Origin: Candidatus Multivoradales bacterium
GTDB lineage: Bacteria > Acidobacteriota > Thermoanaerobaculia > Multivoradales > JAHEKO01
Assembly (NCBI GenBank): GCA_965223155.1
Contig: CBDCVR010000014.1
Location: 640,001-704,000, forward strand
Direction: 5' to 3'
DNA length: 64,000 bases
In this document: piece after piece, positions 19,342 to 28,103 of the stretch
How positions within the stretch are numbered: the stretch's first letter is position 1
Layout of the letters: every line of letters begins with the position of its first letter
Translations under genes and position numbers: made by a program
The notes under the pieces: generated by a model
Told to the model about the DNA's origin: nothing
The model's database searches: none
The model's input: the letters and a program-made list of their open reading frames with translations, nothing else

Positions 19342-21177
19342 CTAGGATCCGTAGACGATCTCGATCTGCCGATCCACCCCGGGCACCTCGACCGGCTGTT
19401 CGGAGCCGTCGGGCCAGATCACGACCAACGACTCGACCGCTTCCGAAGCGCCTAGACCGAAGGTCACCGGCAGCTCCGAGTGGGACTGGTAGCTCTTGGC
19501 GGGCCCAACCAGCCGCACCTGGGTCATCCCCCCGGCGGTCAGGACCACCCGCGCGCCGATCGCCTCCGGGTTCTCGGGCGCGCCTTCCAGGCGCACGCGC
19601 AGCCAGTGGTGGCCCGAGGCCTGGTCGTTGCGGAGGAGCAACGGCCGGTCGCCGGTCTGGGTCAGAACAACGTCGAGGTCGCCATCGCCGTCGGCGTCGG
19701 CATAGGCGCTGCCCCGCCCGACGATCTGACGCGCCAGGTCGCCGGTGGACTCGCCCGGCAGTAGCTCGAATCCCACCCGGGCGTCCGGCCCGGCATTCCA
19801 GAAGAGCTGGGTCTCCTGGCGATAGGTCTGGCTCGGATCCACTGTATTGATCTCGCTCTCGAGATGACCGTTGGCCTGGAGGACGTCCAGCCGCCCGTCC
19901 AGATCCACGTCCAGAAACAGCACGCCGAAGGACAGCGCCTGCCTGCTGGGCGCGCCGATGCCCTCGCCGATCGCCTCGTCGGCGAACAGGGTCGGATCCC
20001 CCTGGGCCAGGTAGAGCGAGGTCATCTCGTTGGCGAAGTTGCCGATGGCAAAGCCCAGCTCGGGGTCGTTGCGGAAGTAGGCAGCGTCAACCCCCATGGC
20101 GCCGGTGGCCTCGCCCTGGCGGCCATAGGCGACGCCCCAGTACTCCCCGACCTCCTCGAACTTGCCGTCACCCAAGTTGTGGAAGAGAAAGTTTCGCACG
20201 GTGTCGTTGGCGACGAAGAGATCCATGCGGCCGTCCAGGTCCACATCCACCGGCGCCACGCCCAGCCCCTTGCCGACCGGCACCCCGGTGGCCTGGTTGG
20301 CGACCCGGATGCCGGCTTCTTCGGAAACGTCGGTGAAGGCTCCGCCGCCGTCGTTCCGGTAGAGCCGCGAGTGGGTACCCTCGTAGTTGACCGGCGGTCC
20401 GTAGGCCTTCCCGACGCCGGTTAGACGGTAGTCCACCTCGCGATCGATATCGCGCGACCAGGTGACGTAGTTGGCGACAAACAGGTCCAGATCGCCGTCG
20501 CCGTCGGAATCGAAGAAGGCCGCCCCGGTGGACCAGTCGGTTTCGTCGCCGGAGACACCTGCTTGATCGGTGACATCGACGAACCCCGCGGGAGTGTTCC
20601 GGTAGAGGCGGTTCGACCCCACCGCCGCCAGAAACAGATCGCTCCGGCCGTCGCCGTCGTAGTCGCCGATGGCCATGCCCGTGCCGTAAAGCGGCTGGTC
20701 GAGGCCCACCGCCGCGGTGACGTCTTCGAAGGCGCCACCGCCGTCGTTCGCGTAGAGCCGGCTGGTCGTGCCCGAGCCGCCAGTGCCCGAGTGGGGCCAG
20801 GGCTTCGAATTGACCAGCAGGAGATCCTGGTCCCCATCGCCGTCGTAGTCGAAAAACGCCGCGCCCGACCCCATCGTTTCCGGCAGGAGCTTCTCGCCGG
20901 TGGCGCCGTTCTCGTGGACGAAGTCGATGCCCGCGGCCGCGCCGATCTCGGTGAACTCCAAGGTGGGACGATCCGTCAGGACCGCCACCTCGCGCGGAGC
21001 CTCCTTCTGAATGGTGACCTCGGGAGCCTCGTCGCCGGCCCTCCCGCCGAACCAAACCAGCCCCAGAACGACGGCGGCGAGCAGACCGAAGATCACGAGC
21101 GACCGCCGAAACCAGACGCCGATGACCTCGTCGTCGGATTCGTGGAGATCGTTTCGTTCGTCTTCGTACTCGGTCAT
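19342..21177 (-). CDS. CRTAC1/ASPIC-UnbV family FG-GAP repeat protein with N-terminal TM anchor
   Basis: Repeated DYDGDGDQDL-type motifs, ETMGSG, and C-terminal AIGARV...FGLG ASPIC domain. Confidence 0.88.
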   Translation of the reverse strand: MTEYEDERNDLHESDDEVIGVWFRRSLVIFGLLAAVVLGLVWFGGRAGDEAPEVTIQKEAPREVAVLTDRPTLEFTEIGAAAGIDFVHENGATGEKLLPETMGSGAAFFDYDGDGDQDLLLVNSKPWPHSGTGGSGTTSRLYANDGGGAFEDVTAAVGLDQPLYGTGMAIGDYDGDGRSDLFLAAVGSNRLYRNTPAGFVDVTDQAGVSGDETDWSTGAAFFDSDGDGDLDLFVANYVTWSRDIDREVDYRLTGVGKAYGPPVNYEGTHSRLYRNDGGGAFTDVSEEAGIRVANQATGVPVGKGLGVAPVDVDLDGRMDLFVANDTVRNFLFHNLGDGKFEEVGEYWGVAYGRQGEATGAMGVDAAYFRNDPELGFAIGNFANEMTSLYLAQGDPTLFADEAIGEGIGAPSRQALSFGVLFLDVDLDGRLDVLQANGHLESEINTVDPSQTYRQETQLFWNAGPDARVGFELLPGESTGDLARQIVGRGSAYADADGDGDLDVVLTQTGDRPLLLRNDQASGHHWLRVRLEGAPENPEAIGARVVLTAGGMTQVRLVGPAKSYQSHSELPVTFGLGASEAVESLVVIWPDGSEQPVEVPGVDRQIEIVYGS

Positions 21178-21368
21178 CGTTCGTACTCCTCTTGGGGAGC
21201 TTGGCGCATCGCGTCCGGACGTCTGCGTTCGCCAGCCCGGAAGAACCCAGAATCGGGCCCGCCGGCGATTCTAGCCGGATCCTCCGGAACCCTGCCTACC
21301 CGCCCAGACGGGATCCGGACCGAGCGCCGGACGGAAACAACTCCTGCCCTCGAGACGCCTCGGCACCG

Positions 21369-21397
21369 TGGCCGAAGCCGCCTCCCGGCTATACAAT
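21369..21397 (+). promoter_or_regulatory. Sigma70-like promoter of the iadA-cph operon
   Basis: TGGCCG-N17-TACAAT upstream of iadA. Confidence 0.45.
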
Positions 21398-21470
21398 GAC
21401 GCGTTTCCGCGCCGCCGGATCGCTACGGCGACCGGCCCGAGCACCGGTCCACCCAAACCTCAACGCCACG

Positions 21471-22664
21471 ATGATCCGTCTACTGCTCGACGCCGAGGTC
21501 TTCGCACCCGAACCGCTTGGGCAATGCACGGTCGCCGTGTGGGGTTCGAAGATCCTCTGGGTTGGCGACTCCACCTGGCCGGAGATCCCCGGCGGCCCGG
21601 CGGTGGAGCGCGTCCATCTCGACAGTCTGCGGCTCGTTCCCGGCCTGATCGACGGCCACGTCCATGTCACCGGCGGCGGCGGCGAGTCGGGCCCATCGAG
21701 CCGGGTGCCACCGCTCGGGCTATCCGAGTTCACCCGCCACGGCATCACCACCGTGGTCGGGCTCCTGGGCACCGACGATCTCACCCGCACCCCGGCCTCG
21801 CTGGTGACCGCGGTGCGCGGGCTGGCCGAGCAAGGACTGACCGCCTACTGCTACACCGGCGGCTACCATCTGCCGCCGGCCACCATCACGGGCAGCGTGC
21901 GCGGCGACATCGTCTTCGTGGACCCGGTGATCGGCCTTGGCGAGCTCGCGATCAGCGACCATCGCTCCAGCCAACCCACACTCGACGAGCTGCTTCGCCT
22001 GGCCAGTGAGACCCACGTGGCCGGCCTCATGACCGGCAAGGCCGGTATCGTGCACCTCCACTTGGGCGACGGCCCGCGCGGCTTGGACTTGGTGCGCCGG
22101 GCGCTGGAGGGCTCCGAGCTGCCTCCCCGGACCTTCCACCCGACCCACGTCAACCGGCGCCAGGCCCTCTTCGAGGAGGCTTTGGAGCTCGCTCGGCGAG
22201 GGGTCACGATCGACGTCACCGCCTTCCCCGAGGACGCCGCCAGCACGGCACCCGATGAGCTTGCGGCCGCCGCCGCCATCGAGGCCTTTCTCGAGACCGA
22301 CCTGCCGCGCGAGCGCCTGACGGTAAGCTCGGACGGCGGTGGCTGCCTGCCCGCCTTCGACGCCGACGGCGGGTTGCGGGCGATGGACGTGGCCCGACCC
22401 GGGGCCCTGCTCGAGTGCCTCGTGAGACTTCTCGCCCGCGGCCGCACGCCCGAGGAAGTGCTTCCCATGTTCACCAGCAACGTCGCCCAGCTTCTGCGGC
22501 TACCGGCCAAGGGCCGCATCGATGTTGGCGCCGACGCCGATCTGATCGCGCTCGACGCGGACGGAGCGGTACGCTACGCCATGGCGCGCGGTGTCTGGCA
22601 CGTGAAAGCCGGAGCCCCGGTCCGTTTCGGCCCCTTCGAGCACCGGCCCGAGGAGGCATCGTGA
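21471..22664 (+). CDS. iadA: Isoaspartyl dipeptidase (beta-aspartyl peptidase)
   Basis: PGLIDGHVHVTGGGGESG, GLLGTD, AISDHRSS, HLHLGD, PTHVNR and SSDGGG motifs. Confidence 0.93.
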   Translation: MIRLLLDAEVFAPEPLGQCTVAVWGSKILWVGDSTWPEIPGGPAVERVHLDSLRLVPGLIDGHVHVTGGGGESGPSSRVPPLGLSEFTRHGITTVVGLLGTDDLTRTPASLVTAVRGLAEQGLTAYCYTGGYHLPPATITGSVRGDIVFVDPVIGLGELAISDHRSSQPTLDELLRLASETHVAGLMTGKAGIVHLHLGDGPRGLDLVRRALEGSELPPRTFHPTHVNRRQALFEEALELARRGVTIDVTAFPEDAASTAPDELAAAAAIEAFLETDLPRERLTVSSDGGGCLPAFDADGGLRAMDVARPGALLECLVRLLARGRTPEEVLPMFTSNVAQLLRLPAKGRIDVGADADLIALDADGAVRYAMARGVWHVKAGAPVRFGPFEHRPEEAS

Positions 22665-23515
22665 CGCGGGGAGCGATCGTCCCGATCGGAGGGGCCGAGG
22701 AGAAGTTCCGGGATCCCGAGATCCTGCGCCGCTTCGCCGAGCTATGCGGCGGCCGGCGGGCCCGCATTGCTATCATCCCGACCGCCTCGCAACTCGAGGA
22801 CACGGGTCCCGGCTACGAGCGCATCTTCCGGGATCTCGGCGTCGGAGCCACCAGATCCCTACCCCTCGAGACCCGGCAGGACTGCAGCGACCCAAAGTGG
22901 CTGCGCCGCATCGAGCGGGCCGACGGGGTGTTTCTGACCGGCGGCAACCAACTCCGGCTCTCGACCACCATCGGCGGAACCGAGCTCGCCGACCTCATCC
23001 GCGAGCGCAACCGCGACCAGGGCCTGCACGTCGCCGGCACTTCCGCCGGCGCGGCCTTCCTGTCCGAACACATGATCGCCTTCGGCGCCGAAGGCTCGAC
23101 CCCGCAGGCCGATCTGGTCACCCTGGCTCCGGGGCTGGGACTCACGACTTCGGCGATCATCGATCAGCATTTCCGGCAGCGGGATCGTCTGGGGCGCTTG
23201 CTCTCGGCGCTTGCGTACAACCCGCGGCCCATCGGCATCGGCCTGGACGAGGACACGGCGGCATTCATCGACGGCTCGGAGCGGCTCGAGGTCCTGGGCA
23301 GCGGCGCCATCACCGTCGTCGACCCGTCTGACCTCGAGTACTCCTCGATGGACTCGGCCCACCAGTCCGACAGCGTTTGCATGCTCAACGTGCGCCTGCA
23401 CATCCTGACCGATGGCGCCGCCTTCGACATCCGTTCCCGCCGAGCCTACCCGCCGCGCGTGCGAGAGCAGAAACAAGAGAGCCCTCGGCGTGGCCGCCAG
23501 GTGTTGACCACATGA
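22661..23515 (+). CDS. cphB: Cyanophycinase (intracellular)
   Basis: IGGAEEK, FLTGGNQLRL, AGTSAGA (catalytic Ser), IDQHFRQRDRLGRL and GIGLDEDT; GTG start overlaps the iadA stop. Confidence 0.93.
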   Translation: MTRGAIVPIGGAEEKFRDPEILRRFAELCGGRRARIAIIPTASQLEDTGPGYERIFRDLGVGATRSLPLETRQDCSDPKWLRRIERADGVFLTGGNQLRLSTTIGGTELADLIRERNRDQGLHVAGTSAGAAFLSEHMIAFGAEGSTPQADLVTLAPGLGLTTSAIIDQHFRQRDRLGRLLSALAYNPRPIGIGLDEDTAAFIDGSERLEVLGSGAITVVDPSDLEYSSMDSAHQSDSVCMLNVRLHILTDGAAFDIRSRRAYPPRVREQKQESPRRGRQVLTT

Positions 23516-26289
23516 AGATCCTCAGCCGCTCGGTCTATCTGGGCCCGAGCCTCTACGCTCACTTCCCGGTCATCCGGTTGGTCGTGGATCTGGAGGAGTT
23601 GGAGGACTGGCCGAGCGGACGGCTCGGGGCACCTTTTGTCGACTCTCTCCTCGAAGCACTGCCCGGTCTCAGCGAGCACGGCTGCTCCTACCGCACCCCC
23701 GGCGGCTTCGTGCGCCGGTTGACCGAGGACGACGGCACCTGGATGGGCCACGTCCTCGAGCACGTGGCCATCGAGCTCCAGAACGTCGCCGGCGCCAGGG
23801 TCACCTTCGGCAAGACCCGGAGCACCGGCGAGCCAGGACACTACGACGTCGTCTACCAGTACGAGCAGGAGGACGTGGGCCTGGCCGCCGGCCGGCTCGC
23901 CCTGGAGCTGATCGACCACTTGCTGCCGGAGGAGCTTCGGACCGGCGGCGCCGAATTCGACTGGCCCGAAGCCCGGGACGGCTTCATCCGCTCGGCCCAA
24001 CGCCGGGCCCTGGGACCCAGCACCGCCGCTCTGGTAGCGGCCGCCGAAGAGCGCGACATCCCTTCCCTGCGGCTCAACCGCTACAGCCTGGTCCAGCTCG
24101 GCCATGGCAAGTACGGCAAGAAGATCCAGGCCACGGTGACCGGCGAGACCCGGCACATCGCGGTGGAGATGGCCTCCGACAAGGAAGAAACCAACAAGCT
24201 TCTGGGCGACCTGGGCCTACCGGTCCCCAAGCAGCGCCTGGTCTACAGTCCGCGCGAGGCGGTGCGGGCCGCCGAACGGGTCGGCTACCCGGTCGTGGTC
24301 AAGCCACTCAACGCCAACCACGGCCGCGGCGTCTCGATCAACCTGGACACGGCCGAGGCGGTCGAGACCGCCTTCGCCAACGCTCGCGAGCACGGCCGCA
24401 CGGTTCTGGTCGAAAGCTTCATCACCGGCCTCGACCACCGCCTGCTGGTGGTCGATGGTGAGCTCATCGCGGCCTCGAAGCGCGTGCCCGGTCACGTCGT
24501 CGGAGACGGCCGGCACACCATCGAAGAGCTGGTCGAGATCGTCAACTCGGATCCGCGCCGCGGCATCGGCCACGAAAAGGTCCTGACCCGGCTGGAGTTC
24601 GATCACCAAGCCGAGAGGCTGCTGGCGCTCGCCGGGTTGGAACGCGACAGCGTGCCCGAGGAAGGCCGCACCGTCTATCTGCGATCCACCGCGAATCTCT
24701 CCACCGGCGGCACCGCGGTTGACGTCACCGACGAGGTTCATCCCGACAACCGGCAGATGGCGATTCGCGCCGCCGGCGCCGTCGGGCTGGACGTCGCCGG
24801 CGTCGACTTCCTGACCGACGACATCTCGCGCTCGTTTCATGAGACCGGAGGCGCCATCTGCGAGGTGAACGCGGCGCCCGGCTTCCGCATGCACGTCGCA
24901 CCGAGCGAGGGCACGCCGCGGGACGCCGCCGGACCGGTCATGGACATGCTGTTCCCACCGGGTGCCCCGTCGCGCATCCCCATCGCCTCGATCACCGGCA
25001 CCAACGGCAAGACGACCACCAGCCGGATGGTGGCGCACATCCTCAAGCTCTCGGGCCATACCGTGGGGCTGACGACCTCGGACGGCGTCTACATCGATGG
25101 GCACCTGACGGTGCCGGGTGACATGACCGGACCGGTGGCGGCGCGCATGGTTCTGCGCGATCCGACCGTTGACGCCGCCGTCCTCGAGACCGCCCGCGGC
25201 GGCCTGCTGAGAGCCGGCATGGGCTACCGGCGCTGCAACGTCGGCGCCGTGCTGAACGTCGAGGCCGATCATCTCGGCTTGCGTGGCATCGACACCATGC
25301 AGGACCTGGCGCGAGTCAAGAGGATCGTCGCCGAGGTCGCTCGGGACACCGCGGTGCTTAACGCGGACGACCCCCTGTGCCTGCAGATGGGCGACTACAC
25401 CAAGGCCGAGCACCTCTGCTACGTCACCATGAACGCCCGTCATCCCCTGGTCCGGGAACACATCCGTGCCGACGGCCGCGCCGTCGTCCTGGAAGAAGGC
25501 ATGAACGGGCACATGATCGCCATCTATGACGGCGGCACCCACATCCCGCTGCTCTGGACCCATCTCATCCCGGCCACCCTCGAGGGCCGGGCTCTCCACA
25601 ACGTCCAGAACGCCATGTTCGCGGTCGCCGTCGCCTACAGCCTGGGCGTGGTCCTGGACGACATCCGGCAGGGCCTGCGCACCTTCGACAGCTCCTACTT
25701 TCAGGCTCCCGGGCGCATGAACGTCTTCGACCAGCATCCGTTCAAGGTCGTGCTCGACTACGCCCACAACCCCCATGCCGTGCGGGCGATCGTGCGTCTG
25801 GCCGACAATCTGGACGCGGTCGGGAAAAAGCTCTGCGTCGTGGCCGCGCCGGGCGACCGCCGGGATGAGGACATCGAGGCCATCGCCCAGGCCTGCGCGG
25901 GCCACTTCGACCGCTACATCTGCCGCCGGGACGACAACACCCGCGGCCGGGACGGCGACGAGGTGCCGCGGCTCCTGAAGCGAGCCCTGGTCGGGGCCGG
26001 CGTGGACGAGTCGGTCATCGAGGAGATCCCGGACGAGCAGACCGCGATCCATGCGGCCCTGTCCGAGGCCGGGCACGGCGATCTGCTGCTGATCCTGGGC
26101 GACGACATCAAGCGATGCTGGGATCAGATCACCCGCTTCTCGCCCGATCTCGAGGCACCGGCGGCGGCGGCGCCCTCACCACGGGTTCCGGAGCCGGTGG
26201 ACCTGCCCGAGTTCGAGCTTCCCGGCGCCGACAAGCTGATCCGCGACGGGCGCGGCGTGCGCCTGGCCCGCGAGGAAGAGAACGACTGA
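23512..26289 (+). CDS. cphA: Cyanophycin synthetase
   Basis: N domain (GHVLEHVAIELQ), ATP-grasp (VVVKPLNANHGRGV, ANLSTGG, EVNAAPGFRMH) and Mur-ligase domain (TGTNGKTTT, ETARGG, DYAHNP). Confidence 0.96.
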   Translation: MKILSRSVYLGPSLYAHFPVIRLVVDLEELEDWPSGRLGAPFVDSLLEALPGLSEHGCSYRTPGGFVRRLTEDDGTWMGHVLEHVAIELQNVAGARVTFGKTRSTGEPGHYDVVYQYEQEDVGLAAGRLALELIDHLLPEELRTGGAEFDWPEARDGFIRSAQRRALGPSTAALVAAAEERDIPSLRLNRYSLVQLGHGKYGKKIQATVTGETRHIAVEMASDKEETNKLLGDLGLPVPKQRLVYSPREAVRAAERVGYPVVVKPLNANHGRGVSINLDTAEAVETAFANAREHGRTVLVESFITGLDHRLLVVDGELIAASKRVPGHVVGDGRHTIEELVEIVNSDPRRGIGHEKVLTRLEFDHQAERLLALAGLERDSVPEEGRTVYLRSTANLSTGGTAVDVTDEVHPDNRQMAIRAAGAVGLDVAGVDFLTDDISRSFHETGGAICEVNAAPGFRMHVAPSEGTPRDAAGPVMDMLFPPGAPSRIPIASITGTNGKTTTSRMVAHILKLSGHTVGLTTSDGVYIDGHLTVPGDMTGPVAARMVLRDPTVDAAVLETARGGLLRAGMGYRRCNVGAVLNVEADHLGLRGIDTMQDLARVKRIVAEVARDTAVLNADDPLCLQMGDYTKAEHLCYVTMNARHPLVREHIRADGRAVVLEEGMNGHMIAIYDGGTHIPLLWTHLIPATLEGRALHNVQNAMFAVAVAYSLGVVLDDIRQGLRTFDSSYFQAPGRMNVFDQHPFKVVLDYAHNPHAVRAIVRLADNLDAVGKKLCVVAAPGDRRDEDIEAIAQACAGHFDRYICRRDDNTRGRDGDEVPRLLKRALVGAGVDESVIEEIPDEQTAIHAALSEAGHGDLLLILGDDIKRCWDQITRFSPDLEAPAAAAPSPRVPEPVDLPEFELPGADKLIRDGRGVRLAREEEND

Positions 26290-26346
26290 GCGGGACCCGG
26301 CGCCGTACCCGAGATCGAAGACCCCAGATCCGCCGAAGGTCTGCAG

Positions 26347-28071
26347 ATGAAAGTCCACGACTCGCGCCGCCTGACCGGTCCCAACCTGTTGACGGATCGG
26401 CCGGCGGCGGTACTGGACGTCGCCCTGACCCAAGACGCCGATCCGGACCGAGAGGCCGAGACGGTGGCGAGATGGCGCCGTCAGGCGACGCGCATGCTGG
26501 AAGCGGTGGACTGGAGCGCACAGCTTTTCGACCGGTCGTTTCCGGGCGGCTTGAGCGTCGCCCTCCAAGCTCCGATCGATGCGCTCTACGCCGCCACCGA
26601 GATCAACGAATGGGCCTGGGCGGCAGCGGTCGCCAGCGGCCCAGACGCCGCTGATGGCGAGGCGCCCGAACCGTTCGAGGCCGCCCGCGGCCGGTTGCTC
26701 GAGACCATCGCCGAAGAGCGCAATCCCGCGCTTCTCGCGCTCGCCGCCGAAGCCGATGCGCGCGGGACTCCCTTCCTGTCCGACGACGACGTCGCGTCGG
26801 TCGGGCTGGGCACCGGCTCGCGAAGCTGGCCGGTGTCCCGGCTTCCGGCCGCCGGCGAGGTTCCCTGGGAAAGCTGCCACGCCGTCCCGGTCGCCCTCAT
26901 CACCGGCACCAACGGCAAGACCACGACCGTGCGTCTGCTGGCCTCGATCGCCCGAGCCGCCGGCCACCTTCCGGGAGTCTCGTCCACCGACTGGATCGCC
27001 GCCGGCAATGACGTCCTCGACCGAGGAGACTACTCCGGACCCGGCGGCGCGCGCCAGGTGCTCCGGGACCGGAGGGTCGAGATCGCCTTCCTGGAGACCG
27101 CCCGCGGCGGCATGCTGCGCCGGGGCCTGGCGGTGTCCGACGCCGATGTCGGGCTGGTGACCAACGTGGCCGCCGACCACCTCGGTGAGTTCGGCATCCA
27201 CGATCTCGAGGCGATCGCCGGTTGTAAGTTCCTCGTCGCCAAGGCCGCCCGGCATCTCGTCCTGAACCTGGACGATCCGGTCGTGCGCCGCCGAGGCCTC
27301 GAAGCCGACCACGGCCGGCCCGTCACCTGGTTCTCGGTCCAGCCGACCGCCGGGCCGGCGGCGACGATCTTGGCCGAGCACCTGGAGGCCGGCGGCCGAG
27401 CGTGCGTGCTCGAGCGTGGCCGCCTGCTGCTTAAGGACGCTGATCGCTCGGTCGCCCTAGCCGAGATCGCCGAGATCCCGATCGCACTCGGCGGCGCGGC
27501 GCGGCACAACGTGGCCAACGCGCTGGCCGCGGCCGGGGTCGCTTGGCTCTTGGGACTCGACCCGCGCTCGATCGCCGAGGGCCTGAGACGGTTCGAGAGC
27601 ACGCCCGATACCAATCCCGGCCGCCTCAACCTGTTCGACTTCAACGGCGCCCGGCTTGTGGTCGACTTCGCCCACAACCCGCACGGCATCGATGCCCTCT
27701 TGACCATGGCCGCGGAGCTGCCCGCGTCCCGCCGGCTGATCTCGATCGGCCAGGCCGGAGACCGGGACGACGAATCGATCCTGGAGCTGGCACGCACCGC
27801 CTGGCGCGCCCGGCCGGACCGGATCCTGGTCAAGGAGCTCAGCGAGTACCTGCGCGGCCGCGCCGAAGGCGAGGTCGCGGAACTGCTCGAGACCGAGCTG
27901 CGCCGGCTCGGCGCCGGCGACGACCATCTGGCGCGAGCGGCCACCGAGCTCGACGCCGCCGGCCAGGCGCTGGACTGGCTCCAGCCCGGCGACCTCGCGC
28001 TCCTGATCGTCCATTCGGGCCGGGACGAAGTTCTCGACCTTCTGCGCCAGCGCGGCGCCACTGCCGGCTAG
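26347..28071 (+). CDS. CphA-like protein with N domain and Mur-ligase domain, lacking ATP-grasp
   Basis: RRLTGPNL N-terminus; ITGTNGKTTT, LETARGGMLRRGL, NVAADHLG, PGRLN, DFAHNP and AGDRDD; no ATP-grasp motifs. Confidence 0.85.
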   Translation: MKVHDSRRLTGPNLLTDRPAAVLDVALTQDADPDREAETVARWRRQATRMLEAVDWSAQLFDRSFPGGLSVALQAPIDALYAATEINEWAWAAAVASGPDAADGEAPEPFEAARGRLLETIAEERNPALLALAAEADARGTPFLSDDDVASVGLGTGSRSWPVSRLPAAGEVPWESCHAVPVALITGTNGKTTTVRLLASIARAAGHLPGVSSTDWIAAGNDVLDRGDYSGPGGARQVLRDRRVEIAFLETARGGMLRRGLAVSDADVGLVTNVAADHLGEFGIHDLEAIAGCKFLVAKAARHLVLNLDDPVVRRRGLEADHGRPVTWFSVQPTAGPAATILAEHLEAGGRACVLERGRLLLKDADRSVALAEIAEIPIALGGAARHNVANALAAAGVAWLLGLDPRSIAEGLRRFESTPDTNPGRLNLFDFNGARLVVDFAHNPHGIDALLTMAAELPASRRLISIGQAGDRDDESILELARTAWRARPDRILVKELSEYLRGRAEGEVAELLETELRRLGAGDDHLARAATELDAAGQALDWLQPGDLALLIVHSGRDEVLDLLRQRGATAG

Positions 28072-28103
28072 GCCCGCGGTCCGGCGAATCGGACGAGAGC
28101 CGG

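Noticed and set aside
19342-21177. Recurrent gtcgccgtcgccgtcg-like DNA repeats as a possible CRISPR or repeat array
   Set aside because: They encode DxDGDG FG-GAP motifs and have irregular spacing. No cas genes or repeat-spacer array occur in the window.
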